Source: Chloroflexota bacterium (GTDB lineage: Bacteria > Chloroflexota > Limnocylindria > Limnocylindrales > CSP1-4). From it: a DNA stretch of 61,271 bases. Positions 6,440 through 15,735 of this stretch are shown here, in pieces. The stretch spans positions 1-61,271 of the forward strand of contig JBDTQW010000003.1 in the NCBI GenBank assembly GCA_039931975.1, written 5' to 3'. A model generated the notes under the pieces. The model did no database searches. It was not told where the DNA came from and worked only from the letters and a program-made list of their open reading frames with translations. Position 1 is the first letter of the stretch. Each line of letters opens with the position of its first letter. Made by a program: the position numbers and the translations under genes.

Positions 6440-7788
6440 CCGGGCACGTCCGCGTAGCGCTCGCCGGCATAGGACACGAACCGGGTCTGGCGCTTCTTGA
6501 ACCAGAGCTGGACCTCACCGGTCGGCCCGTTGCGGTGCTTGGCGAGCTTGAGATTGATGACCTCGCCCTCCTGCTCTTGATCGTCCGTTCCGCGCTCCTT
6601 ATCCCGCCACAGGAACATCACCAGGTCGGCGTCCTGCTCGATCGCGCCCGACTCGCGGAGGTCCGAGAGTCGTGGCTCCTTGCTCTCGCGCATCTCCGGT
6701 TGGCGTGACAGCTGGGAGAGCGCGATGACCGGCACGGAGAGCTCGCGGGCGAGCGCCTTGAGCCCACGCGAGATCTCCGACACCTCCTGGACCCGGTTTG
6801 CGTCGCGGTTGGTCGTCGTCGCCTGCATCAGCTGGAGGTAATCGACGACGATGAGATCGAGTCCGGCCTCGGCCTGGAGCCGGCGAGCCTTGGTCCGAAG
6901 CTCCATCGCGGTGATGTTCGGTGTGTCGTCGATATAGACCGGTGCCTCCGAGAGCGCGTTCATCGCCGGGGCGAGCCGGGCGAAGTCCATCTCCTCGAGA
7001 AAGCCCGTGCGCAGCCGCTGCGAGTCGATGTTGGCGACGCTCGAAAGAAGACGCAGGACGAGCTGCTCCTTGCTCATCTCGAGGCTGAACACACCGACGC
7101 TCTTGCCCTCGGTCACCGCGGCGTATTCGGCGATATTGAGCGCGAAGCTCGTCTTGCCCACGCTTGGGCGGGCGGCCAGGACCACGAGGTCGCTCTTCTG
7201 GAGGCCGGTCGTCAGAGCGTCGAGATCGGCGAACCCGGTCCGGACTCCGCTGATCTCCCCTCGGTGAGCGTGGAGATAGTCGAGCCGGTCGTAGGCGTCG
7301 TGGAGAAGGGTCTTGAGCGGGCTGAAGCCGGTCGAGATTCGCCGCTGACTGACGTTGAAGAGCTCGCTCTCGGCGCGGTCGATCGCCTCCTGGATCTCTG
7401 CCGGATCCTCGTACCCGATGCCGGCGATCTTGCCCGCTGCGGAGATCAGGTTCCTGAGCACCGCCTTGCGCTCGACGATCCGGGCGTACTGAACGGCGTG
7501 AACCGCGGTCGGGGTCTGGTTGGACAGGCTCGAAAGGTATGACCGCCCACCGACCGTCTCGAGCTGGTCGCCCCGCTCGAGCGCCTCGGCCACGGTCACG
7601 ATGTCGACCGGCTCGCGCTTGTCGAACAGCTCGAGCATCGCGGCGTAGATCGAGCCGTTGGCTGGGCGGTAGAAGTCCTCCGGCCGCAGAAACTCCGCGA
7701 TCTCGACGACGGCGTCGCGGTCGATCAGGATCGAGCCGAGGACCGATTGCTCGGCCTCGGTGCTCTGGGGTGGCAGACGATCGATCAA
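6436..7788 (-). CDS. dnaB: Replicative DNA helicase
   Basis: LPPQSTEAEQSVLG N-terminus, AARPSVGKT Walker A, SLEMS, VVDYLQLM, LSQLSR, LSDLRESGAIEQDAD. Start set at TTG 7788 (ORF track extends to 7860). Confidence 0.97.
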   Translation of the reverse strand: MIDRLPPQSTEAEQSVLGSILIDRDAVVEIAEFLRPEDFYRPANGSIYAAMLELFDKREPVDIVTVAEALERGDQLETVGGRSYLSSLSNQTPTAVHAVQYARIVERKAVLRNLISAAGKIAGIGYEDPAEIQEAIDRAESELFNVSQRRISTGFSPLKTLLHDAYDRLDYLHAHRGEISGVRTGFADLDALTTGLQKSDLVVLAARPSVGKTSFALNIAEYAAVTEGKSVGVFSLEMSKEQLVLRLLSSVANIDSQRLRTGFLEEMDFARLAPAMNALSEAPVYIDDTPNITAMELRTKARRLQAEAGLDLIVVDYLQLMQATTTNRDANRVQEVSEISRGLKALARELSVPVIALSQLSRQPEMRESKEPRLSDLRESGAIEQDADLVMFLWRDKERGTDDQEQEGEVINLKLAKHRNGPTGEVQLWFKKRQTRFVSYAGERYADVPG

Positions 7789-7860
7789 GGCACACCGAAT
7801 CTGGCGGAGGGGAGTGACAGGTCGAGTGTCATCGACGGGATGGGTGGGCCGGTCAACCAA

Positions 7861-7880
7861 GCGGTCCGCCCAGGGACCGC
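7861..7880. terminator. 7-bp hairpin between lexA and dnaB
   Basis: gcggtcc-gcccag-ggaccgc; on the minus strand followed by UUGGUU. Confidence 0.35.
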
Positions 7881-7937
7881 TGCGTCCACCAAAGTGCCGG
7901 TCGTGTTGGCCGATTGTGGACGGGCCTGTGGACAGGC

Positions 7938-8588
7938 CTAGTCGAGGCGGCGGATGACTCCGATGAGCTTGCCCTGGATGCGCACGTCGTCGTAGTACAT
8001 CGGCTCGTACTCGGCGTTGGCCGGCTGGAGGCGGATGCGGCCCTGTTCCTTGAAGAAGCGCTTGAGGGTGACTGCGTTCTCCTCGACCTGGGCCACGATG
8101 ATGTCGCCGTTACGAGCGGTGGTCTGCGGTCGGATGACGACGAAGTCCCCATCGGCGATATGGGCCTCGATCATCGAATCCCCGCGGACCCGCAGCACAT
8201 AGGCATCTCCGCTGGGTGCGAAGACATCGGGCACGGCCAAGGTCTCGTCCGCTCGCTGGTAGGCCTCGATCGGGCCACCTGCAGCGATCTCACCGATGAT
8301 CGGCAGAAGATGCGCCTCGGTTGCGGCGGACTGCGGGGTGAGCTCGCTCGACAACCCCAGCTCGATCGCAGCCATGGGGGTGAGCCGGATCGCTCGAGCC
8401 TGGGCAGCGCCTCGCTCGAGGAAGCCCTCGCGCTCGAGGATCTGGAGATGATGGTGGACCGCCGAGGTCGACGCGAGACCGACCGCGCGAGCGATCTCCC
8501 GGACCGACGGTGGGACGCCGCTGGTGCGCAGGGTCGCGGCGATGTAATCGAGGATCCTGACCTTGCGGTCCGCATCGTGCTTGGTCAT
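7938..8588 (-). CDS. lexA: SOS repressor LexA
   Basis: PPSVREIARAVGLASTSAVHHHL HTH, IAAG cleavage site, VRGDSMIEAHI catalytic Ser, VTLKRF catalytic Lys; SD GGAGG before ATG 8588. Confidence 0.97.
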   Translation of the reverse strand: MTKHDADRKVRILDYIAATLRTSGVPPSVREIARAVGLASTSAVHHHLQILEREGFLERGAAQARAIRLTPMAAIELGLSSELTPQSAATEAHLLPIIGEIAAGGPIEAYQRADETLAVPDVFAPSGDAYVLRVRGDSMIEAHIADGDFVVIRPQTTARNGDIIVAQVEENAVTLKRFFKEQGRIRLQPANAEYEPMYYDDVRIQGKLIGVIRRLD

Positions 8589-8607
8589 CGGGCCTCCATG
8601 TGGCCTC

Positions 8608-8636
8608 ACCGTACCGAACGGACGTTCGATTGTCAA
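8608..8636 (-). promoter_or_regulatory. lexA promoter TTGACA-N17-TACGGT with SOS box CGAAC-GGAC-GTTCG (8615-8628) in the spacer
   Basis: tgtcaa 8631-8636 and accgta 8608-8613 on the + strand; GAAC-N4-GTTC palindrome between them. Confidence 0.85.
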
Positions 8637-8753
8637 GCGACGGGGAACGGGATTCCGGCGGCGACACGCACGACTGCTAGACTGCGCAGTCCCGACGCGT
8701 GACCTCGGATCGGTCGCGTCGGGGCGACCGTGCGAAGGAGGATCGCGAGCCAC

Positions 8754-9254
8754 ATGGCGCGACGGAAACGGCGGATGCCGGGCGCGAGTCTGAACCGGAT
8801 GCTGGCGATGGCCGCCCTGTTGCCGACGGCCAGTCGCTCGGCGGTCTACGCCCGGCTGGTTTGGGCGCTGATCAACGACGATCGTGTCCCGGCCTCGCGC
8901 AAGGCGCTCCTCGGTGGGGCGCTGGTCTACTTCGCCCTGCCGTTCGATATCGTCCCCGATGGGGTCCCCGTGCTCGGGGTTCTCGACGACCTGGTCGTGG
9001 TGGTCCTGGGGGTGGACCTGTTCTTCGATGGTATCCCCGCCGAGATCCTCGACGAGAAGCTGGCCGACCTCGGGATCGATCGGGCTGCCTTCGAGCACGA
9101 CCTGGGTCAGATCCGGCGGCTCACTCCTCACCCCGTTCGCCGGCTCGCCCGGCGGATCCCCCCGGCGATCGGGGTCGTCGTCCAGGCGGCCCGCGCTTCA
9201 GGCCTCGGGCCGCGGGTCCGCGGCTGGATCGACAAGGAGGGTTCGTTCGCGTGA
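8754..9254 (+). CDS. DUF1232/YkvA family membrane protein
   Basis: ALVYFALPFDIVPDGVPVLGVLDDLVVV motif; AAGGAGG upstream. Confidence 0.85.
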   Translation: MARRKRRMPGASLNRMLAMAALLPTASRSAVYARLVWALINDDRVPASRKALLGGALVYFALPFDIVPDGVPVLGVLDDLVVVVLGVDLFFDGIPAEILDEKLADLGIDRAAFEHDLGQIRRLTPHPVRRLARRIPPAIGVVVQAARASGLGPRVRGWIDKEGSFA

Positions 9255-9697
9255 AGGTCATCCTGACCGGCGATGTCGACAAGCTGGGGAAGAGCGGCGA
9301 GATGAAGGTCGTGGCGGACGGCTACGCCCGCAACTTCCTCATCCCAAAGCGGCTGGCCGTACCCGCCGAGGGCGGTGCCTACCGTGCCTGGCAGCACGAC
9401 ATCGCAAGCCGCGAGGACAAGCGGCGGCGTGAGCGCGAAGAGGCCGAGATCTACGCCACCCGGATCGCCTCGACCACCCTGACGATGGGGGTCAAGGTCG
9501 GCGACGGCGGCAAGCTCTATGGCTCGATCACGTCCAAGGACATCGCCGATGCCCTGGGCCGGCGCGGGATCGTCATCGACCGCCACAAGGTCGATCTCGA
9601 GGAACCGCTGAAGAGCCTCGGCACCTACAAGGTCGCAGTCAAGGTCTTCAGCGGGATGGCCCCGGAGGTCACGATCATCGTCGAGCCGAAGGGCTAG
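9251..9697 (+). CDS. rplI: 50S ribosomal protein L9
   Basis: MKVILTGDVDKLGKSGEMKVVADGYARNFLIPKRLA...GKLYGSITSKDIA, 148 aa; GTGA overlap with the upstream gene. Confidence 0.97.
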   Translation: MKVILTGDVDKLGKSGEMKVVADGYARNFLIPKRLAVPAEGGAYRAWQHDIASREDKRRREREEAEIYATRIASTTLTMGVKVGDGGKLYGSITSKDIADALGRRGIVIDRHKVDLEEPLKSLGTYKVAVKVFSGMAPEVTIIVEPKG

Positions 9698-10992
9698 AAG
9701 TCGACGAAGCTGATGGAGATCGCCCAGAGGGCGTAGGCGCAGATCGCCACCGACGCGACGGCCGCCGCCCACGCCCAGCGTGACATTCCGCGCTCGAACA
9801 CGGTCGCCAGGATGACGAACAGTAGCGGTTGGACGTCGAGACTGAAGCGATAGCCGAACTGGGTGAGCCCCACGTTGCCGTGGGTGACGATCGGGATGAG
9901 CGCGAGCGTAATGCCGATGGCGGCCCAGGCCACCCGCGGATCGCGCAATCGGGCCTTGCCGAGCCACAGGAGCAGCGGTGTCGTCAGGAACGGCGACAGG
10001 CCCCACCAGGATGGCTGGAAGAACGGCGCGTCGTCGACGTAGTTCCAGCTCCGCAGGAAGATCGCATGGAGATGGCGGGGGATGTACTCGAAGGCGAGGA
10101 TCCCATGCTTGGCATAGATCGGGTCCTGGAGCACGCCGGGGATGAGAACGTAGCTCTGGTCGACGACCGTGCCCCAACGGGCGATGTTGTAGAGCAGGTA
10201 GACGGCGGTCGGGATCGCGATGCCGATGAGGAAGGCCAGGCCGGCCCGAATCGCGGCCTCGCGCTCCCCCCGGGCCGGTAATCGGGGTGGCCGCCCCAGC
10301 CCGATGACGAACGCGAAGAAGAACGGAGCGGTGAGGCCGACCGGCAGGCGCGAGATCGCGGCGCAGCCGAGGAGCAGGCCGACCAGCAACGGCCAGCGCT
10401 TCTCGAACAGGAGCAGGAGCGCGGCCATGCTGAACATGACCGCCACGACGTGGCTTATGTACCAGACCGAGCCGACCTCGGCTACGTACCACAGGACCGT
10501 CCCGAAGCCGAACACGACGGTCAGCGCCAGCCGGACCCGACCTGACAGTGCGAAGCGCCCGAAGACCAGCCAGGCCAGCCCGACGGCGATCCCGCCGAAC
10601 AGGCAGCTGGCGACCTGTTGATGGAACCCGGGACCGAAGATGGCTACGAACGGGACGAGCAGGAAGGCCGGCATCGGCGGGTAAGCGACGTACCAGCCGC
10701 CATCTTTAGGGATGAGCTCGTTGAGCCACGATGGCGCCTCGGTCAGATAGATGCGGCCGTGAAGGAAGGCGTCGGCCAGGCGCACGAAGTAATCGAGCTC
10801 CTGGCGACCGCCCGAGGAGCTCAGCAGGTACAGGGCGAACGTGGCCGCGACGATGACCAGGGTGCCAAGGGTGTCCGGCCGCCGGCGGACCGGGTCGAAG
10901 ATCTGAGCCAGGCGCGTGTCACCGAACCAGCCGACGAGCCGGGCGTACCCGGCGGCACGCTGGTCGGCTCGCCGCTCCTCGAGGTGGGCCAT
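9694..10992 (-). CDS. Polytopic membrane protein, GT-C-type glycosyltransferase-like
   Basis: About 10-12 hydrophobic segments with YFVRLADAFLHG, YVAYPPMPA and FGYRFSLDV loop motifs. Confidence 0.7.
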   Translation of the reverse strand: MAHLEERRADQRAAGYARLVGWFGDTRLAQIFDPVRRRPDTLGTLVIVAATFALYLLSSSGGRQELDYFVRLADAFLHGRIYLTEAPSWLNELIPKDGGWYVAYPPMPAFLLVPFVAIFGPGFHQQVASCLFGGIAVGLAWLVFGRFALSGRVRLALTVVFGFGTVLWYVAEVGSVWYISHVVAVMFSMAALLLLFEKRWPLLVGLLLGCAAISRLPVGLTAPFFFAFVIGLGRPPRLPARGEREAAIRAGLAFLIGIAIPTAVYLLYNIARWGTVVDQSYVLIPGVLQDPIYAKHGILAFEYIPRHLHAIFLRSWNYVDDAPFFQPSWWGLSPFLTTPLLLWLGKARLRDPRVAWAAIGITLALIPIVTHGNVGLTQFGYRFSLDVQPLLFVILATVFERGMSRWAWAAAVASVAICAYALWAISISFVDF

Positions 10993-11017
10993 CGGGCCGA
11001 AGATACACTCTCGGACC

Positions 11018-12253
11018 ATGAGCGCGGACGCCAACCCCGGCCACGGAACCGTCGGCGGCGCATGGGCCGGGCTGGGTGCCGGGCTCGGGCCGGCGTTGCG
11101 CGACGCGATCGGGTTGTTCCTGTCCCTCCGCGTCGTTTTCGGTCTCTTCGCGATCTACCTGTGGTGGCAGGGGGGACTGGCCGGCCCGTGCCACTTCGAG
11201 CTTGCCCGCAACGGCTGGGAAACGATCCCGCCGTTGGCCGATCAGGGCGCGGCGTTCCCGCTGGTCGGTGTCTGGCAACGCTGGGACGCCTGCTGGTACA
11301 CCAAGATCGCAACCTACGGCTACGAGGCCCCGAACAGCGTCAGCTTCTTCCCGCTGTTCCCGCTCCTGACTGGGCTGGCCGGCCGGATCCTGCTCGGCGC
11401 GATGGCCCTTGGTGGGCTGGCCGTCGCCGGCGCGGCCTACGTCGCAGCGATGACCGGGCTGCGACGCCTGGTCGCGGACGACTTCGACGACGACGTGGCA
11501 CAGACGACGGTCGTGGCCATCTCGATCTTCCCGACCGCTTTCTTCTTCTTCGCCCCCTTCACGGAGTCGCTCTTCCTGGCCAGTGCGGTCTGGGCCATCC
11601 TCGCCGCCCGTCAACGTTCGTGGTCGATCGCCGCGATCGCCGGCCTCCTCGCCGCGCTGACCCGGACCCAGGGCCTGTTCCTGGTGCTGCCGCTTGGCTG
11701 GGAGGTGGCCATGGCCTGGCGCGAGGCGGGCTGGGGGATTGGGGGTCGCTGGCGTCCGCCGCCAGGTACGTTCCCGCTTCCGGTCCTCGCTGCCTTGGCC
11801 CCCGTGGTCGGCTTCGCGGCGTTCCTCGCCTTCTCGGCCGCGGTCGTGGGTGAGATCCCGATCGACACCGCGGCGGCGTGGGGTGGCACGAACTTCCATC
11901 CGCCCTGGGAGGTGATCGACGCGTCGTGGCGTTGGGCGATCGAGCACCGTGATCCGCTCCAGGCATTCAACCTGGCCATGCTGATCCTGTTCGCCCTGGT
12001 CACACTCGTCGGTTTGCGCCAGGTCCCGCTCGCCTATTCCCTGTTCGCCATCCCCCAGATCGCGCTGATCGGGACACGGATCCAGCCGATCCCGTTGACC
12101 TCGACGGGGCGCTACCTCCTGGTCGTCTTTCCGGTCTTCGTGATCCTGGCGCTTGTCCCTGGACGCTGGCTGCGGTTCGGTTGGGCGGTCGCCTCGACGA
12201 TGTTCCTGGCCCTGCTGCTCGCCGACTACCTCCAGGGCACCTTCGTGGCATGA
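11018..12253 (+). CDS. GT-C mannosyltransferase-like membrane protein (PIG-V/PMT-like)
   Basis: WQRWDACWYTKIA..GY, FFPLFPLL, FFFAPFTESLFL, STGRYLLVVFP motifs. Confidence 0.85.
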   Translation: MSADANPGHGTVGGAWAGLGAGLGPALRDAIGLFLSLRVVFGLFAIYLWWQGGLAGPCHFELARNGWETIPPLADQGAAFPLVGVWQRWDACWYTKIATYGYEAPNSVSFFPLFPLLTGLAGRILLGAMALGGLAVAGAAYVAAMTGLRRLVADDFDDDVAQTTVVAISIFPTAFFFFAPFTESLFLASAVWAILAARQRSWSIAAIAGLLAALTRTQGLFLVLPLGWEVAMAWREAGWGIGGRWRPPPGTFPLPVLAALAPVVGFAAFLAFSAAVVGEIPIDTAAAWGGTNFHPPWEVIDASWRWAIEHRDPLQAFNLAMLILFALVTLVGLRQVPLAYSLFAIPQIALIGTRIQPIPLTSTGRYLLVVFPVFVILALVPGRWLRFGWAVASTMFLALLLADYLQGTFVA

Positions 12254-13512
12254 GGACGATCCTCCACGTCGACCTCGACGCGTTCTTCGCCGCCGTCGAG
12301 CAGCGTGACCGTCCGGAGCTAAGCGGCAAGCCCGTCATCGTCGGCGGCGGCGACCCCACCGCGCGCGGTGTGGTCAGCGCGGCGTCCTACGAGGCTCGGC
12401 AGTTCGGGGTCCACTCGGCGATGCCCCTGCGCACGGCCTACGCCCTCTGCCCGAGGGGCGTGTTCCTGCCGGTCGACGGACGCAAGTACCAGTCGGTCAG
12501 TCGCGAAGTCATGACCATCCTGCGGACATTCACACCGCTGGTCGAGCCGATCTCGATCGACGAGGCGTTCCTGGACGTGACCGCATCGCGGGCATTGTTC
12601 GGCGACGGGCCGACGATCGGGGCCGCGATCAGGGCGAAGGTCGACCAGGACGTGGGCCTCACCGTCTCGGTCGGGGTCGCCACGACCAAGCTCGTGGCCA
12701 AGATCGCGTCCGACCTGCGCAAGCCCGACGCCCTGGTCGTCGTGCCGCCAGGCGAGGAGGCGGCATTCCTGGCGCCCCTCGCGATCTCCCGGCTCTGGGG
12801 CGTCGGTGAGAAGACCGCTGCGGCGCTCGCCGAGTACGGCGTGACGACGATCGGCGACCTGGCTGCTCTCTCCGATGAGCTCCTGGTTCGCCGGTTCGGC
12901 AAGCACGGGGCTTCGCTCGGGACCCGGGCTCGCGGGCTCGATCCGGATCCGGTCGGCGGCGGCGATCCGGCCAAGTCGATCGGGCACGAGCACACCTTTG
13001 ATGTCGATACCTCCGACAGCGACACCATCGAGCGAACCCTCCTGGCGATGGCCGACGGCGTGGCGGCGCGACTTCGGTCAGCGGGGCTCAAGGCCGGCAC
13101 GGTCCAGGTCAAGATCCGCGACTCTAGCTTCCGTACGATCACCCGCCAGCGGACTCTGCCCGACCCGACCGACCAGACCGAGTCGATCTGGAAGGTCGCC
13201 CTCGAGCTCGCGCGTCCGGAGATGCGCGGCCTGCGGATCCGGCTCCTGGGGGTCACCGCCAGCCACCTCGGCGAGCGTCAGCAGATGGGCATGTTCGACG
13301 AAGGCCCCGGGGCGGCCGGGGGCGATCGCCGGCGCCGGGCGACCCAGGCCGCAGACGCCGTCCGCCGGCGGTTCGGAGACGGGGCCATGACCCGGGCCCG
13401 CTTGCTGGGCGCCGGCCTGCCCGCGCCTTTCGAGCGCGATCCGATGAAAGCCGTCGAGCGACGAACCGGGATGCGCGATCCGGACGCTCCGCCCGAGGGC
13501 GAACACGACTGA
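12250..13512 (+). CDS. dinB: DNA polymerase IV (Y family)
   Basis: ILHVDLDAFFAAVEQ, SAASYEAR, SIDEAFLD, KIASDLRKPD; ATGA overlap with the upstream gene. Confidence 0.96.
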   Translation: MRTILHVDLDAFFAAVEQRDRPELSGKPVIVGGGDPTARGVVSAASYEARQFGVHSAMPLRTAYALCPRGVFLPVDGRKYQSVSREVMTILRTFTPLVEPISIDEAFLDVTASRALFGDGPTIGAAIRAKVDQDVGLTVSVGVATTKLVAKIASDLRKPDALVVVPPGEEAAFLAPLAISRLWGVGEKTAAALAEYGVTTIGDLAALSDELLVRRFGKHGASLGTRARGLDPDPVGGGDPAKSIGHEHTFDVDTSDSDTIERTLLAMADGVAARLRSAGLKAGTVQVKIRDSSFRTITRQRTLPDPTDQTESIWKVALELARPEMRGLRIRLLGVTASHLGERQQMGMFDEGPGAAGGDRRRRATQAADAVRRRFGDGAMTRARLLGAGLPAPFERDPMKAVERRTGMRDPDAPPEGEHD

Positions 13513-13567
13513 GCCCTGGTGACAGGCAACCTGTCACGAAGCCGCGCCAATCTGTGCGCAGAAGGGC

Positions 13568-13621
13568 TTGACATCGAACAGGTGTTCGGTCTAGTGTCAG
13601 GTCGAAGAGAACAGACGTTCT
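13568..13621 (+). promoter_or_regulatory. Promoter TTGACA-N18-TAGTGT with two SOS boxes (CGAAC-AGGT-GTTCG 13575-13588; AGAAC-AGAC-GTTCT 13608-13621)
   Basis: Read directly from the sequence; same GAAC-N4-GTTC motif as in the lexA promoter. Confidence 0.88.
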
Positions 13622-13678
13622 GTCGCCGACGTGCCCGGGGCGACGACCAGGTCGCTGCCGAGCGAAGGAGTCGAAGAC

Positions 13679-13948
13679 ATGGCGATGATCCGAATGGAAC
13701 CCACCCTGGTCCGGGTCCGGACCGACTGGTTCGATGGGCGTCCGCGCGAAGTGACGTGGGGCAATGAGCGCCTTCCGGTCACCGCCCTCGCCGCCGTGCG
13801 TCACGAGGACTCGGCCTACCCGATCGAAGTCGGCCCGCGGACGGTGTTCGAGGTCGTGACCCCCAAGGCTCGGCTGGCGCTGAGCTTCCAGCATCGCTCG
13901 CGACGCTGGACCATCGAGGGCCTCGACGAGGATCGCCCCGCCGCCTGA
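13679..13948 (+). CDS. 89-aa hypothetical protein, predicted LexA-regulated
   Basis: SD AAGGAG, ATG 13679; MAMIRMEPTLVRVRTDWFDGRPREVTWG...RWTIEGLDED; coding-like codon bias. Confidence 0.8.
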   Translation: MAMIRMEPTLVRVRTDWFDGRPREVTWGNERLPVTALAAVRHEDSAYPIEVGPRTVFEVVTPKARLALSFQHRSRRWTIEGLDEDRPAA

Positions 13949-14158
13949 CAGACCAGCTGGCGCCCGGGTCGTCGATCCTCCCAACGTCGGCCCGAACGGG
14001 ACCCTCGCCGGGCGAGTGCGCCGGTACCGCGCTCGTCCGGCGGGTGCGTCCGTCCTGGCGGCGCCCCGGAATGAGCCTGAGCAACGGAGCGCATCGTTGG
14101 GGCGCGGCCCTCGCGCCGTGGGACGCGAGAGGCCGCTGGGCGCGCCTACAATCGGCTC

Positions 14159-14827
14159 GTGGAGACGAGATCGCAGGGCTTCCGGGACCGGACGCTCGCC
14201 CAGTTCGTCGACGATCTCGCGTCGGATGCGCCGGTGCCGGGGGGTGGGAGCGCGTCCGCGGTGGCGGCGTCGCTCGGCGCGGCCCTCGTGGCCATGGTCG
14301 CGGCACTGTCGGCCGGGCGGCCGCGATACGCCGAGCACGCAGCGGTCCACGAGGCCGCAGGCGCCCGCGGGCGCGAACTGGCTGACCGATTCCTCACCCT
14401 GGCCGACCGCGACGCCGACGCGTACGCCGATTTCGCCGCGGTCCTCAAGATGCCCAAGGAGACAGAGGCCGAGAAGCTCGCACGGACGACGGCACTTCGG
14501 GCGGCTGCCCGGATCGCTGCCGAGGTCCCGCTCGCCTGTGTCGAGGCGTGCCGCGAGCTGGTGGTCGCGGCGGAGATGCTCGCCGGACGGAGCAACGCCA
14601 ATGCGGCCAGCGACCTGTCGGTCGCGAGCCTGCTTACCGAGGCCGCCGCCAAGGGTGCCGCGGCGAACGTCCTTGTCAACCTGCCCTCCGTCGGCGACGA
14701 CGCCTACGCGAGCGAGATGACCACCCGGGTCGAGAGCCTGCTCGCCGACGTCGTGTCGATCACCTCCTCCATCCGCGCGGTCGTCGCATCCGGTGTGGCG
14801 CGCAGTGCGCTCCCGATGGACGCCTGA
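14159..14827 (+). CDS. fchA: Formiminotetrahydrofolate cyclodeaminase / cyclohydrolase family (FTCD C-terminal domain)
   Basis: LASDAPVPGGGSASA...MVAALS, NAASDL..A..L, NVLVNL motifs. Confidence 0.88.
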   Translation: METRSQGFRDRTLAQFVDDLASDAPVPGGGSASAVAASLGAALVAMVAALSAGRPRYAEHAAVHEAAGARGRELADRFLTLADRDADAYADFAAVLKMPKETEAEKLARTTALRAAARIAAEVPLACVEACRELVVAAEMLAGRSNANAASDLSVASLLTEAAAKGAAANVLVNLPSVGDDAYASEMTTRVESLLADVVSITSSIRAVVASGVARSALPMDA

Positions 14828-14832
14828 TCGCG

Positions 14833-15735
14833 GTGGCGGACGGAGAGGCTCGCCTCCTTCTCGGCGCCCCGATCGCCGCTGAGATCCGGGCATCGGTCCG
14901 AGACGACATCACCCGCTTCGTGGAGCGCCAGGGCTACGCGCCCACCCTCGCGATCGTGCTGGTCGGTCGAGACGCTCCCTCCGCGGTCTACCTGCGCCAG
15001 ATCCTGCGGGCCTGCGAGGCTGCCGGGATCGGCGGTCGGCTCGTCGAGATCGAGAACACGGCCGCGGACCGCACAGCCCTCGAGGAGCGGGTCACCACGG
15101 CGATCCGCGCCCTCAACGACGACCCGCTGGTCGCCGGGATCATCGTCCAGATGCCCCTGCCTCCGGAGGTCCGCCTCCGGGCCGTGATCGACACGATCGA
15201 CCCCGCCAAGGACATCGACGGGATCCACCCGCTCAATGCCGGCCTGCTCCGCCTCGGCTTCGAAGGCTTCCTTCCGGCGACGGCCCACGCCGCGATCGAG
15301 ATCCTGCATCGCTATGACATCCCGATCGAGGGCCGCGAGGCCGTCGTGGTCGGGCGATCCAACGTTGTGGGGATGCCGGTCGCGTTCATGCTCGTGCGCG
15401 AGCACGCGACGGTCACCGTCTGCCATTCGGGGACCCGCGACCTCGCCGCCGAGGTAGCGCGGGCCGAGATCCTGGTCGTGGCGGCTGGACGGCCTGGCTT
15501 GATCCACGGCTCGATGCTTCGGCGCGGTGTCGTGATCGTCGACGTGGGGATCAACGTCGTCGGCGACGCGATCGTGGGCGACGTCGACATGGCCAGCGCC
15601 CGTGCCGTGGCCAGCGCGATCACACCGGTTCCCGGAGGCGTGGGCCCAGTGACCAATGCCCTCCTGCTCACCCACCTCGTCCGCGCCGCCGTCAGCCAGG
15701 CCGGGGCCGGGCAAGCCCAGGAGTCAGCCGTATGA
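14833..15735 (+). CDS. folD: Methylene-THF dehydrogenase/cyclohydrolase
   Basis: GIIVQMPLP, KDIDGIHP, PATAHA, VVVGRSNVVGMP, IVDVGIN, TPVPGGVGP. Confidence 0.95.
   Translation: MADGEARLLLGAPIAAEIRASVRDDITRFVERQGYAPTLAIVLVGRDAPSAVYLRQILRACEAAGIGGRLVEIENTAADRTALEERVTTAIRALNDDPLVAGIIVQMPLPPEVRLRAVIDTIDPAKDIDGIHPLNAGLLRLGFEGFLPATAHAAIEILHRYDIPIEGREAVVVGRSNVVGMPVAFMLVREHATVTVCHSGTRDLAAEVARAEILVVAAGRPGLIHGSMLRRGVVIVDVGINVVGDAIVGDVDMASARAVASAITPVPGGVGPVTNALLLTHLVRAAVSQAGAGQAQESAV

Noticed and set aside
13949-14158. GC-rich hairpins upstream of fchA-folD-fhs as a possible ZTP or THF riboswitch
   Set aside because: No ZTP or THF consensus found, and the TACAAT -10 sits 6 nt before the fchA start, placing the hairpins outside the transcript.
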